Assembly: GCA_039630235.1 (NCBI GenBank)
Contig: JBCNVI010000001.1
Location: 363,059-427,058 of the forward strand
Reading direction: 5' to 3'
DNA from: Candidatus Hydrothermales bacterium
GTDB lineage: Bacteria; Hydrothermota; Hydrothermia; Hydrothermales; JAJRUZ01
Length of the DNA: 64,000 nt
Of this stretch, positions 10,025 through 18,563 are shown piece after piece. A model generated the notes under the pieces. It had not been told where the DNA came from. It worked only from the letters and a program-made list of their open reading frames with translations, and ran no database searches. Numbering within the stretch: the stretch's first letter is position 1; every line of letters starts with the position of its first letter. A program made the position numbers and the translations under genes.

Positions 10025-11582
10025 TCTTTTTTTAAGTTTACTTATAGCACTTTTTCTTTACCACAAAGAAAAAAAGGCAAAAAAATTAATTTTTTTAAGA
10101 ACTCTTTCACTTTTTTTTCTTTTCCTCTTCTTACAAAATTTCTCAATAAAGGTAAAGGAAAGAACAGAAATTAAGCCTATGCTTTTCCTCGAAAGTAATC
10201 TAGAAGCTGAATTCTCTGAGAGAGTAAAAGACTTAGATTTTAACGTAGTAAAAATTGATAATGAAGATGACTTAATAAACTCGTTAAAAAATATTAGCAA
10301 TTCAGAAATATTTTACTTAGGAAAATTTGACTATGAGAGAAAAAGGGAAATTTTAAACCTCTTGTCAAAAAACAATATAAAGTTCAATTACTTCTATTCT
10401 GAAAAATTTCAAGGTAAAGACTTTAAAATAAATCCACCCTATCTTATAAGAAAAGAAAACAAAGAGGGCTTTTTAATTGAGGGAAAAAACATAAAACTTG
10501 ATATTTTTGAAAACAATATTAAAAAGAAAAGTATTAGAGTTGACGGAAATTATCTATACACTCCTGAATTTAGACCAAATACCACAAGAAAAATAACCTT
10601 TACTTCTAACGATATAGAAGAAAACCTCTATGTAACTGATCTTGACCTAGATACTAAAATAAAAATCACGTCCTCACAATATCACCCTATAGTTGGATTT
10701 TTAAACAGATTCTTCAAAAATCACTTAAATGCCAACATTGAAATTGAAATAAGCGGTAAGATTTATAACAAATTAGAAGGAGAACCAGACTTTTACGTAA
10801 GTATATTCAAAGAATTAAATGAAGATATAAAATCTATCTTAGTATTTTCACCGGACACAGTACTTGAAGGTGAATTTGAATTAGAATCGAATAAAGAGTT
10901 AGGCGTCGATAAAATAGAAATAAGGAGAAATTTAGAGGGTGACACGGTCTTATCTTTTTATTGTAATAAGAAAAAATTTCCTATTGTTTTGAAACATAGA
11001 GAAAGAATTTTACTTACAACTCCTGACCTATGGAAGATAAATCTTGCTACAGACGGAGATTTTGAAAAATTACTAATTGAGGTGATAAGGGAGAACTTCT
11101 TACCAAGCTTAAATCCTAAAATTGTTCCTCTTTTCTCAAATATAGAAAGAGAAGGAGAATTTAAACTATCATTTCTAATAAAAAAATTTGGAGAAATAAG
11201 TGATCTAATTGAGTTTAAATTAAATGAAAAAAGATTTTTCTTAAAAAAAGTAGCAGATAATATTTACGAGTCCTCACCGATCAAATTTAATGAGGGGAAA
11301 TATAAGATAAATATCTTTAACAAAAGTTTCGATTTAATAGTAGCTGAAAGGGAAGTCAGAAAAAGGTATTACGACATTTCCCTTCTTGAGACAGCTAGGG
11401 AAATAACAGGGGGAGAAAAAATCAATTTAGAGGACAATTTATATGAAAAATTAAAGAGAAAAAATTTAGAAAAGATAGGTGAGAAAGAAATTTTCTTACT
11501 AGAAAGCCCATTTTTTCTTTTTATATTCATAGCGCTTTATTCTTTAGAAATTTATCTTAGAAAAAGGGGAGGCCTTTTATAA
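10002..11582 (+). CDS. Hypothetical membrane-anchored protein
   Basis: 526 aa with an N-terminal TM segment and a Lys/Glu-rich body. Overlaps the upstream gene by 23 nt and the downstream gene by 1 nt, which suggests an operon. Confidence 0.45.
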   Translation: MIYKLVFSLFLSLLIALFLYHKEKKAKKLIFLRTLSLFFLFLFLQNFSIKVKERTEIKPMLFLESNLEAEFSERVKDLDFNVVKIDNEDDLINSLKNISNSEIFYLGKFDYERKREILNLLSKNNIKFNYFYSEKFQGKDFKINPPYLIRKENKEGFLIEGKNIKLDIFENNIKKKSIRVDGNYLYTPEFRPNTTRKITFTSNDIEENLYVTDLDLDTKIKITSSQYHPIVGFLNRFFKNHLNANIEIEISGKIYNKLEGEPDFYVSIFKELNEDIKSILVFSPDTVLEGEFELESNKELGVDKIEIRRNLEGDTVLSFYCNKKKFPIVLKHRERILLTTPDLWKINLATDGDFEKLLIEVIRENFLPSLNPKIVPLFSNIEREGEFKLSFLIKKFGEISDLIEFKLNEKRFFLKKVADNIYESSPIKFNEGKYKINIFNKSFDLIVAEREVRKRYYDISLLETAREITGGEKINLEDNLYEKLKRKNLEKIGEKEIFLLESPFFLFIFIALYSLEIYLRKRGGLL

Positions 11583-11926
11583 TGCCCTTTGTTCTTAGAT
11601 ATAAAAAAAGCTTCAGAGCAAAACATCACCTTCTATCCTATAAGGGATCTCCTGAAAACCCTCACTACCATACTTATACACTCATTGTTTCCATTGATGC
11701 AGGTGAAAGAAATAAAGAGGGATATACAATTGACTTTATGGATATAAAAAACTTAATAGATAAACTTATTCCTTATGAAGATGAAGATTTAAATTTAAAA
11801 TATCCCTTTTCAACATCTACTGAAAACTTAGCAGAATACTTCTTTGAAGAAATAAGTAAGATTTTTCCAGTAAAAGAAGTTGAACTTTGGCAAGATGAAA
11901 ACTTTTGTGTAATTTATAGAAAATGA
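11582..11926 (+). CDS. 6-pyruvoyl-tetrahydropterin synthase family protein (QueD-like)
   Basis: 114 aa. The segment FRAKHHL...HYHTYTLIVSIDAGERNKEGYTIDFMDIKNLIDKLI aligns to the PTPS/QueD zinc-binding His motifs (HRL...HGHNYKV...G.V.D...LK). Confidence 0.55.
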   Translation: MPFVLRYKKSFRAKHHLLSYKGSPENPHYHTYTLIVSIDAGERNKEGYTIDFMDIKNLIDKLIPYEDEDLNLKYPFSTSTENLAEYFFEEISKIFPVKEVELWQDENFCVIYRK

Positions 11927-14586
11927 AAATCTTTCTATTTTTAGTATTTTCTTGGGAACAAAAAGTTAATTATAAAATAGATTTAGAACTTGACACCCTT
12001 ACTCAAATACTTATGGGTCACCAAAAAATTACATATAAAAACTTCTCTCCCGATACATTAAGAGGACTTTATCTTTATCTCTATACAAATGGTTTAAAAA
12101 ATTTCGATACAGAAGCCACAGAAGTTCTTTTTAAAAACTGTCTTTTTTCTTTTTCAAAAATATTTGGAAAATTTATAGAAGATGCCTTTATAGAGATTGA
12201 CTCAATAAAAATAAGAAACCAGAAAGTCAACTTTAAAATAGACGAAACAGTCTTATGGGTACCGCTCCTTGAAAAATTAAAACCTGAAGATTCATTAAAT
12301 CTTTTAATATTTTTTAGAACAAAAGTTCCAAAAATTTTAAAGTTTAGGGCTGGAAGAAATTCTAAACACTATGATTTTGGACAATTTTTTCCTGTTTTAT
12401 GTGTATATGACAAAAAAGGTTGGCACAATAGAAAATGGGACTTTTTCTCCGAATTTTATCACAACTTTTCAAACTTTTATGTAAAAGTAAAATTACCAGG
12501 TAACTACATAGTTGCAGGAGTAGGAGAATGTTTATCAAAAAACGACACCTTGGTAACCCAGGAGGAAAAGGAAGTAATCTTTAAGGCAGATAATGTAGTT
12601 GACTTCTTTTTCTCATGTAGTCCCCTATTTTTATTTCAGGATACTTTGATAGATAGTACGCATATAATAAGTTTTTATAAAAAAGAAAACAAAGCTTATA
12701 AAGACTCTTTCTTAATAAGAACAGTTAGGGCCTATGCTTTTTTAAAAGAATTATTCGGAGAGTACCCATATAAGTGGTTAAAGGCTGTTGATGGATTAAT
12801 AGAAGGTGGTATGGAGTATCCAGGAGTTATTCTGTGTGGTGATGATGATTTTTCCTTAATACTTCATGAGGTGGCTCACACATATTTTATGGGGGCCTTA
12901 GCAAATAACCAAGCAGATGAGGCTTGGCTCGATGAAGGAGGTGCTACCTTTATTACAGATTTTTATGAATTTAAAAAAGAAAAGAATCTAGGGATCTTTT
13001 ATAAAAATTCAAAACAAATAACCGAGATCATAAGGGAAGGGTCTGATGATACTCTTTTACTCCCTGCTCATGCTTTCAAAAATTATTACTTTACTGTTTA
13101 TTCAAAGGGATCACATATATACGCAATGCTTTTAAACATAATGGGAGAGGAGAAATTTAAAGAGTTTTTAAGAGAATACTATAGAGATTTTAAATTTAAA
13201 CATCCGGATACCGATAGTTTTTTTAATAAAGCTGAGAAAATATATGGAGAGACTCTGGAATATATCAAAAATTACTATGTTAAAAGTTTACCTGTTCCAG
13301 ATTTTGGGATAAAAGAAGTTAAAAAAATTAAAGCTAAAGATAAATGGCTGAGTAAAATAAAAATAAAAAATTCAGGGAATACTTTTTATCCCCTTGATGT
13401 TTACGTTATAAACCAAAAAGATACAGTGAAATTTAAGTTAAAACCCTTTAAAAAAGACACTCTAATTGAAGTTTATACGGATTTTGAGCCTAAAAGATAT
13501 GCTCTTGACCCCTATAATTTTTCTCTTGATATAAAAAGAATAGACAACTTTTATCCCACAAGATTTGAGAAAAAACTTTCACTGATACATAATCCTGAAG
13601 ATGAGAGTCTATATTTAAATTATTTTCCGTTTGCATTTTATTCTCCAAAATCAGGGCTTTCTCCTGGAATTAACTATATTTTTTCCTATATCAGAAGATA
13701 TCCGTACTTTGAAGGAGAAATATACTATTCTTCAAAAGAAAAGATCTTCTACTATAATATCAAATATTCTTTCTTTTTCCCCTATATCAAACCCGAGAAT
13801 ATAATCTACTTAAAATCTTTGGGTTTTGAGAAAAACTACTATTTTTGTGCAGGACTTGATAAGATCTTTAGAAAGCATTTAAAAGATCCAAAGAGTGCTT
13901 ACTTTAATTTAGAGTTTGTATACAAAGACTCAAAAGTAGAAAGTAGATTTTTTGACAACGTAAATTATGGCGGATTTAAACTTGGAATTACTCTATTTCC
14001 GAAAACTGACCTATTTTCCAATAGACTCGGCATTTCTACAGAAATTTATCCACAAAAAGTATCAGGCGACCTAAGTTTTAGAAAAATCTTCTTCATCTAT
14101 GAAAGTACTCTATCACCTTTCTCTGATGATGTAAATGAGCTTTTTCCCCTTAAACTTAAGTTTAATTTTTATTACGGAAAAATTGAGGGAAATTTTCCTA
14201 AACAGGAATATATTTCTAACTTCTCAAATTCTTTTTACGATATCTTAGACTTAAAGATTGAGAGAAACTTTATTCTTTCCGGTAACTATACTTTCGTAAA
14301 TGAAGGCGTGTTTTTAAAGGGGTATAATCTCTTAAAATTTAAGAAGTTATTTTTATTTTCACTTGAAAAAAGCTTTAAACATATAGGCTTTTTTTATGAA
14401 AAAATTCTATGGGGCGAAGATAATCTTTGGAATTTTGGCCTAATTTTTAGAAAAGATTTTTACAAAAACAAAATACGGATCAACATATACCTACCCCTAT
14501 ACATTAATAACCCAAAGTTTAACAGTGAGAGAAGAAATTTTGATTTTAGACTAAAAATTAATTTAAAATTTTTCGATATAACTTAA
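11923..14586 (+). CDS. M1-family (gluzincin) metallopeptidase-like protein with long C-terminal extension
   Basis: 887 aa. It carries a GGMEYPG (GAMEN-like) exopeptidase motif, then HEVAH with a downstream Glu (WLDEGGATF) forming HEXXH-(18)-E. N-terminal hydrophobic leader. Confidence 0.6.
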   Translation: MKIFLFLVFSWEQKVNYKIDLELDTLTQILMGHQKITYKNFSPDTLRGLYLYLYTNGLKNFDTEATEVLFKNCLFSFSKIFGKFIEDAFIEIDSIKIRNQKVNFKIDETVLWVPLLEKLKPEDSLNLLIFFRTKVPKILKFRAGRNSKHYDFGQFFPVLCVYDKKGWHNRKWDFFSEFYHNFSNFYVKVKLPGNYIVAGVGECLSKNDTLVTQEEKEVIFKADNVVDFFFSCSPLFLFQDTLIDSTHIISFYKKENKAYKDSFLIRTVRAYAFLKELFGEYPYKWLKAVDGLIEGGMEYPGVILCGDDDFSLILHEVAHTYFMGALANNQADEAWLDEGGATFITDFYEFKKEKNLGIFYKNSKQITEIIREGSDDTLLLPAHAFKNYYFTVYSKGSHIYAMLLNIMGEEKFKEFLREYYRDFKFKHPDTDSFFNKAEKIYGETLEYIKNYYVKSLPVPDFGIKEVKKIKAKDKWLSKIKIKNSGNTFYPLDVYVINQKDTVKFKLKPFKKDTLIEVYTDFEPKRYALDPYNFSLDIKRIDNFYPTRFEKKLSLIHNPEDESLYLNYFPFAFYSPKSGLSPGINYIFSYIRRYPYFEGEIYYSSKEKIFYYNIKYSFFFPYIKPENIIYLKSLGFEKNYYFCAGLDKIFRKHLKDPKSAYFNLEFVYKDSKVESRFFDNVNYGGFKLGITLFPKTDLFSNRLGISTEIYPQKVSGDLSFRKIFFIYESTLSPFSDDVNELFPLKLKFNFYYGKIEGNFPKQEYISNFSNSFYDILDLKIERNFILSGNYTFVNEGVFLKGYNLLKFKKLFLFSLEKSFKHIGFFYEKILWGEDNLWNFGLIFRKDFYKNKIRINIYLPLYINNPKFNSERRNFDFRLKINLKFFDIT

Positions 14587-14617
14587 GGTTCTAATCCGGT
14601 ATTAAAAATCTTATAAA

Positions 14618-15142
14618 ATGGACTTCGTAAAGGTTATTGAAAAAGTTTTGTATATAATCCAGCTTAAGGAAGAGGCGATAAAAGAGGTCTCTGAAAAAAG
14701 AGAAAATTTACCCTGGGCAATTTTAGTTGTGGTAATTGCTGGAATTGCAAGTGCAATAGGTTCACTTAAAATTATTCCTGGCATAATAACTTTGCCAATA
14801 CTTGCAGTAATTTTATCTTTTATAGGTGTCGGAATTTTATGGGTAGTTGCAAGAATCTTAGGTGGAAAAGGAGAATATATTCCATACTATATACCAATAG
14901 CAATGACCTATATTTTACATTGGGTGTCAGTTATCCCAATTATTGGTGGCTTTCTTTCTACTCTTGCATCAATCTGGATGATCATTGTTGCAGTAAAAGT
15001 CACACAAACTGTTCATCAACTTGACCTTGCCAGAGCAATAATAGTAGTTCTTATTCCAATTGCTATAGCCTTTTTCCTTTCTATACTTATAGGAGCAGCA
15101 GCACTAACAGTCGCTGGCTTAAAAGGATTAGGACTTTTTTAA
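14618..15142 (+). CDS. Yip1-domain polytopic membrane protein
   Basis: 174 aa with five predicted TM helices and Yip1-like topology. Confidence 0.45.
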   Translation: MDFVKVIEKVLYIIQLKEEAIKEVSEKRENLPWAILVVVIAGIASAIGSLKIIPGIITLPILAVILSFIGVGILWVVARILGGKGEYIPYYIPIAMTYILHWVSVIPIIGGFLSTLASIWMIIVAVKVTQTVHQLDLARAIIVVLIPIAIAFFLSILIGAAALTVAGLKGLGLF

Positions 15143-15153
15143 AGAAAAAATAA

Positions 15154-16491
15154 AAAATTTTCCCCTTAAAATTTAATAATAAATTACTAACAGAAAAAGA
15201 ACTTTTAGTAAAATATTCATATGATGAGTCCCCCTTAAAAGGTAAAATACCTGAATTTGTTTTTATCCCTGAAAATGTAGAGGATGTTTCACAGTTTGTT
15301 AAATTTTGTTTTAGAAAGAACATATATATAACACCAAGAGGTGGGGGAACAGGTCTTTCAGGAGGTGCTGTTCCACTAAAAGGTGGTGTCATCTCCTTTG
15401 AAAAAATGAACAAGATCATAGATCTTGATCCTATTAACCAAACGATTACTCTTGAACCTGGGATAATCACAGGTGATATAAACAAAGTCCTTTTAAGCGA
15501 AAACCTATTTTATCCACCTGATCCTATGAGTCTTGACTCTTGCACAATAGGAGGAAACGTAGCAACAAACGCAGGTGGACCAAGGGCCTATAAGTACGGG
15601 GTTACATCAAATTACCTGATTGAACTTGAATGCGTGTTACCAAACGGAAACGTAGTTAACGTGGGGAGGGGAACGAAAAAGTGGAAAACAGGTTATAACC
15701 TTTTGAGTTTGCTCTGCTCATCCGAAGGCACTCTTGCCCTATTTACAAAAATAAAACTAAAACTAATACCAAGGCCAGAAAAAGAAGTACTAACAGTAAT
15801 GAGTTTTCAGGAAAATGAAGATCTCTTTAATTTTGTTATAAAACTTATCAAAAATAAATTTTTTCCCTCTATAATTGAGTTCATGGATAAGGGATGCGTA
15901 AGACTTGTCAGAAAAAAGGTTAAACACATGTTTCCTGAGGAACACTCGTTGCTTTTTGTAGGATTTGATGGAGACGAAGAAGAAATTGAGAAGATCTTAG
16001 AAAAACTTTATGATTTTGCGGAGAAAGAGAAAATAGAAAGAATTTTTATAGGCGACGATAAAAGCTCTGTAGATAGAATTTGGGAGATTAGAAAAAAAAT
16101 GTTTTATGAAACAGAAAAAGAGGGATTTAAGGTTCACTCAGAGGATATCTGTGTAACAATTAAAACAGCTCAAAACTTTATAAATGATGTGAAGAATTTA
16201 TTTAAAAATTACTCGAAAGAACCTTACATATTTGGACATCTAGGAGACGGAAATATTCATATTAACTTGACATATAAAAAAGACGAAGAGAGATTGATAA
16301 GAAAAATTTCAGAGGAAATATGGGATCTTGCTATTAAAATTGGGGGTACAATAACAGCTGAACACGGGGTGGGATACCTGAAAAAAAAGGGATTTAGGAA
16401 AGAAACAGATCCAATTTTATATAAAATACAAAGGGAAATTAAAAGAACTTTTGATCCAAAGGGTATCTTGAATCCTGGAAAACTCTTTTAA
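15154..16491 (+). CDS. FAD-linked oxidase (GlcD / D-lactate dehydrogenase family), start codon unresolved
   Basis: The frame is open from the stop at 15151. FAD-binding PCMH motifs (ITPRGGGTGLSGGAVP) lie upstream of the first ATG at 15406, so the ORF-track start is too short. There is no ATG, GTG or TTG between 15154 and 15405; only ATT or ATA could serve. The C-terminal FAD-oxidase_C-like region is present. Confidence 0.6.
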   Translation, partial: KIFPLKFNNKLLTEKELLVKYSYDESPLKGKIPEFVFIPENVEDVSQFVKFCFRKNIYITPRGGGTGLSGGAVPLKGGVISFEKMNKIIDLDPINQTITLEPGIITGDINKVLLSENLFYPPDPMSLDSCTIGGNVATNAGGPRAYKYGVTSNYLIELECVLPNGNVVNVGRGTKKWKTGYNLLSLLCSSEGTLALFTKIKLKLIPRPEKEVLTVMSFQENEDLFNFVIKLIKNKFFPSIIEFMDKGCVRLVRKKVKHMFPEEHSLLFVGFDGDEEEIEKILEKLYDFAEKEKIERIFIGDDKSSVDRIWEIRKKMFYETEKEGFKVHSEDICVTIKTAQNFINDVKNLFKNYSKEPYIFGHLGDGNIHINLTYKKDEERLIRKISEEIWDLAIKIGGTITAEHGVGYLKKKGFRKETDPILYKIQREIKRTFDPKGILNPGKLF

Positions 16492-16492
16492 A

Positions 16493-16523
16493 AAATAAAA
16501 GGGGGGCTTTCCGCCCCCCTTGA
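16493..16523. terminator. Rho-independent bidirectional terminator between convergent genes
   Basis: Perfect 7-bp GC stem GGGGGGC-TTTCC-GCCCCCC flanked by A-runs on one side and T on the other. On the minus strand it gives a long U-tract for gdh. Confidence 0.8.
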
Positions 16524-16550
16524 TAAAAACTTACCTCAGAGATAGGACAA

Positions 16551-17804
16551 CTAGACCCAACCCCTCAGAGTCATAGCCTCAACAACTCTTTTGACAGCAA
16601 CAGTATAAGCTGCAACTCTTGGATCAACCTTATATTCCTGCATAGCATCCCAAACGGCGTTAAATGCTTTTGTCATCTTATTATCTAGCTTTGAATAAAC
16701 CTCTTCTTCATCCCAATAAAGTCCAGTTATGTTTTGGACCCATTCAAAGTAGGAGACCGTAACACCACCACCGTTTGCAAGGAAATCAGGTAAAAATAGA
16801 ATATTTTTCTTGTGAAGTATTTCGTCTGCTTCAGGTGTTACTGGACCATTGGCAAGCTCAAGAATTATCTTTGCCTTAATCCTATTTGCATTCTCACCTG
16901 TAATAACTTCCTCAAGAGCAGCAGGTATCAAAATATCCACATCAAGTTCAAGAAGCTCTTCATTTGTAATTTTTGTAGTATTTTTAAATCCAACAACTGA
17001 CCCTGTTTTATTTTTATGTTCAAAAACTTCTTCAAAAACAAGTGGTTTTTTGTCCTTGGACAAAATCCCTCCCTTTGAGTCACTTACAGCAATTACCTTT
17101 GTTCCAAACATTTCCGTAATAAGCTTATGAGCAAAGTAACCTGCATTTCCGTAGCCTTGGATTGCACAAGTTGCATTTTTTAGATCGATTCCAAGTTTTT
17201 TAGCAGCTTCTCTTAGAACATACATTCCGCCCCTTGCAGTAGCATCAATTCTTCCAACGGAACCGCCAATTCTCAATGGTTTTCCTGTTATAACACCCGG
17301 AGTATTATACTGTCTTATTTTACTAAATTCATCCATCATCCAAGCCATAATCTGTGGATTTGTATAAACATCAGGAGCAGGAATATCCTTCTCTGGTCCT
17401 ATAACTTGCGCAATTGCCCTTATATATCCTCTTGAAAGTTCTTCAAGTTCTCTTTCGGACATTTCCTTAGGATTACAAACGACACCGCCTTTACCTCCAC
17501 CATAGGGCAGGTCCATAAGGGCTGTCTTCCAGGTCATCCAGGCAGCAAGTGCTCTAACAGTGTCTATAGTTTCTTCAGGGTGGAACCTTATACCACCTTT
17601 TGTTGGTCCAAGAGCATCGTTATATTGAACTCTATATCCCTTAAAAACCTTAACTGTGCCGTTATCCATCCTTACAGGTATAGTTACACTAATTTCTCTC
17701 ATCGGCCATCTTAGCATCTCATGGACATGTGGTGCAAGTTTTAGCACTGCTGCGGCCTTATCAAGTTGTTCCTGTGCAACCTCAAAGGGATTTCTTTTTT
17801 CCAT
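16551..17804 (-). CDS. gdhA: Glutamate dehydrogenase (NAD(P)+)
   Basis: 417 aa with GDH signatures: KGGIRFHP, the Gly-rich GGGKGG and the NAD-binding [12 protein letters not shown]. Confidence 0.9.
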   Translation of the reverse strand: MEKRNPFEVAQEQLDKAAAVLKLAPHVHEMLRWPMREISVTIPVRMDNGTVKVFKGYRVQYNDALGPTKGGIRFHPEETIDTVRALAAWMTWKTALMDLPYGGGKGGVVCNPKEMSERELEELSRGYIRAIAQVIGPEKDIPAPDVYTNPQIMAWMMDEFSKIRQYNTPGVITGKPLRIGGSVGRIDATARGGMYVLREAAKKLGIDLKNATCAIQGYGNAGYFAHKLITEMFGTKVIAVSDSKGGILSKDKKPLVFEEVFEHKNKTGSVVGFKNTTKITNEELLELDVDILIPAALEEVITGENANRIKAKIILELANGPVTPEADEILHKKNILFLPDFLANGGGVTVSYFEWVQNITGLYWDEEEVYSKLDNKMTKAFNAVWDAMQEYKVDPRVAAYTVAVKRVVEAMTLRGWV

Positions 17805-17950
17805 TTTTAACCTCCTAACTGTTTTTTAAATAAATTTTTATATGGGATTTTAACCCTTTTTCTTTTATACTGCTACTTTAATACTTTAAAATATTTACGT
17901 ATAAAATATTATAAGGTTCGATCCCTATTAAAAGCAAGATGTAAATAAAA

Positions 17951-18136
17951 ATGAAAGTAAAAGTATCACAGATTTTATTCTTATTGGCTGTTATAACGTT
18001 CATAATTGCTATAGTTTTAAAATTATCAGGTGGTGAATTTCCCCATCTTTTTAAACCCTACACTTATATAAAGGGTACCTGGACATTACTTTTATTTTCT
18101 CTCACCTATCATTTGATTTTTGAAAAGGAGAAATAA
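17951..18136 (+). CDS. Small hypothetical membrane protein (2 TM)
   Basis: 61-aa ORF with two hydrophobic helices, 29 nt upstream of the roadblock gene. Confidence 0.25.
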   Translation: MKVKVSQILFLLAVITFIIAIVLKLSGGEFPHLFKPYTYIKGTWTLLLFSLTYHLIFEKEK

Positions 18137-18164
18137 ATAAAAAATTTAATTTAAAATATATAAA

Positions 18165-18563
18165 GTGACGAGGGATACTTTAATTTTAGGGGTGGAGGAG
18201 TATGTTGCTCTACAAAAGTTACTAGATGATTTTACTTATAGAGCAAATACATACTCTTCAATGTTTTCTACACTTTCAGGTCAACTACTTGTCTCCTCCG
18301 GTTTTAAAACTCCCTTTAATCTCCTTGCAATTTCAGCACTCCTTGCAGGAATCTTTCAAAGCACAAGAGAACTCGCAAGACTGATAGGAGAAAAAAATTT
18401 TCTTACTTTTTTTCAAGAAGGAGACAGTTGGAACATATATTACACACTAGTAGGGGAAGACTTTTTACTTACAACCTTTTTTGATGATAGAACAATACTT
18501 GGAATAGTTGAAGTACAGGCAAAAAAACTAAGTAAAAGGATACTTGAAATTCTAAGAAGATGA
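18165..18563 (+). CDS. Roadblock/LC7-domain protein (MglB-like)
   Basis: 132 aa with the size and alpha-beta pattern of Roadblock/LC7 (LILGVEEYVALQKLLDD...ILGIVEV). Overlaps the next gene by 4 nt. Confidence 0.55.
   Translation: MTRDTLILGVEEYVALQKLLDDFTYRANTYSSMFSTLSGQLLVSSGFKTPFNLLAISALLAGIFQSTRELARLIGEKNFLTFFQEGDSWNIYYTLVGEDFLLTTFFDDRTILGIVEVQAKKLSKRILEILRR

Noticed and set aside
14839-15485. Small ORFs overlapping the Yip1 gene and the 5' region of the FAD oxidase gene
   Set aside because: Alternative-frame or antisense artefacts of real genes. The 132-aa minus ORF at 15087-15485 is antisense to the conserved FAD-binding region.
17905-17940. tRNA-like T-loop sequence (AAGGTTCGATCCCT) upstream of the small membrane ORF
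   Set aside because: No acceptor, D or anticodon stems can be built from the surrounding very AT-rich sequence. It is likely a chance match.
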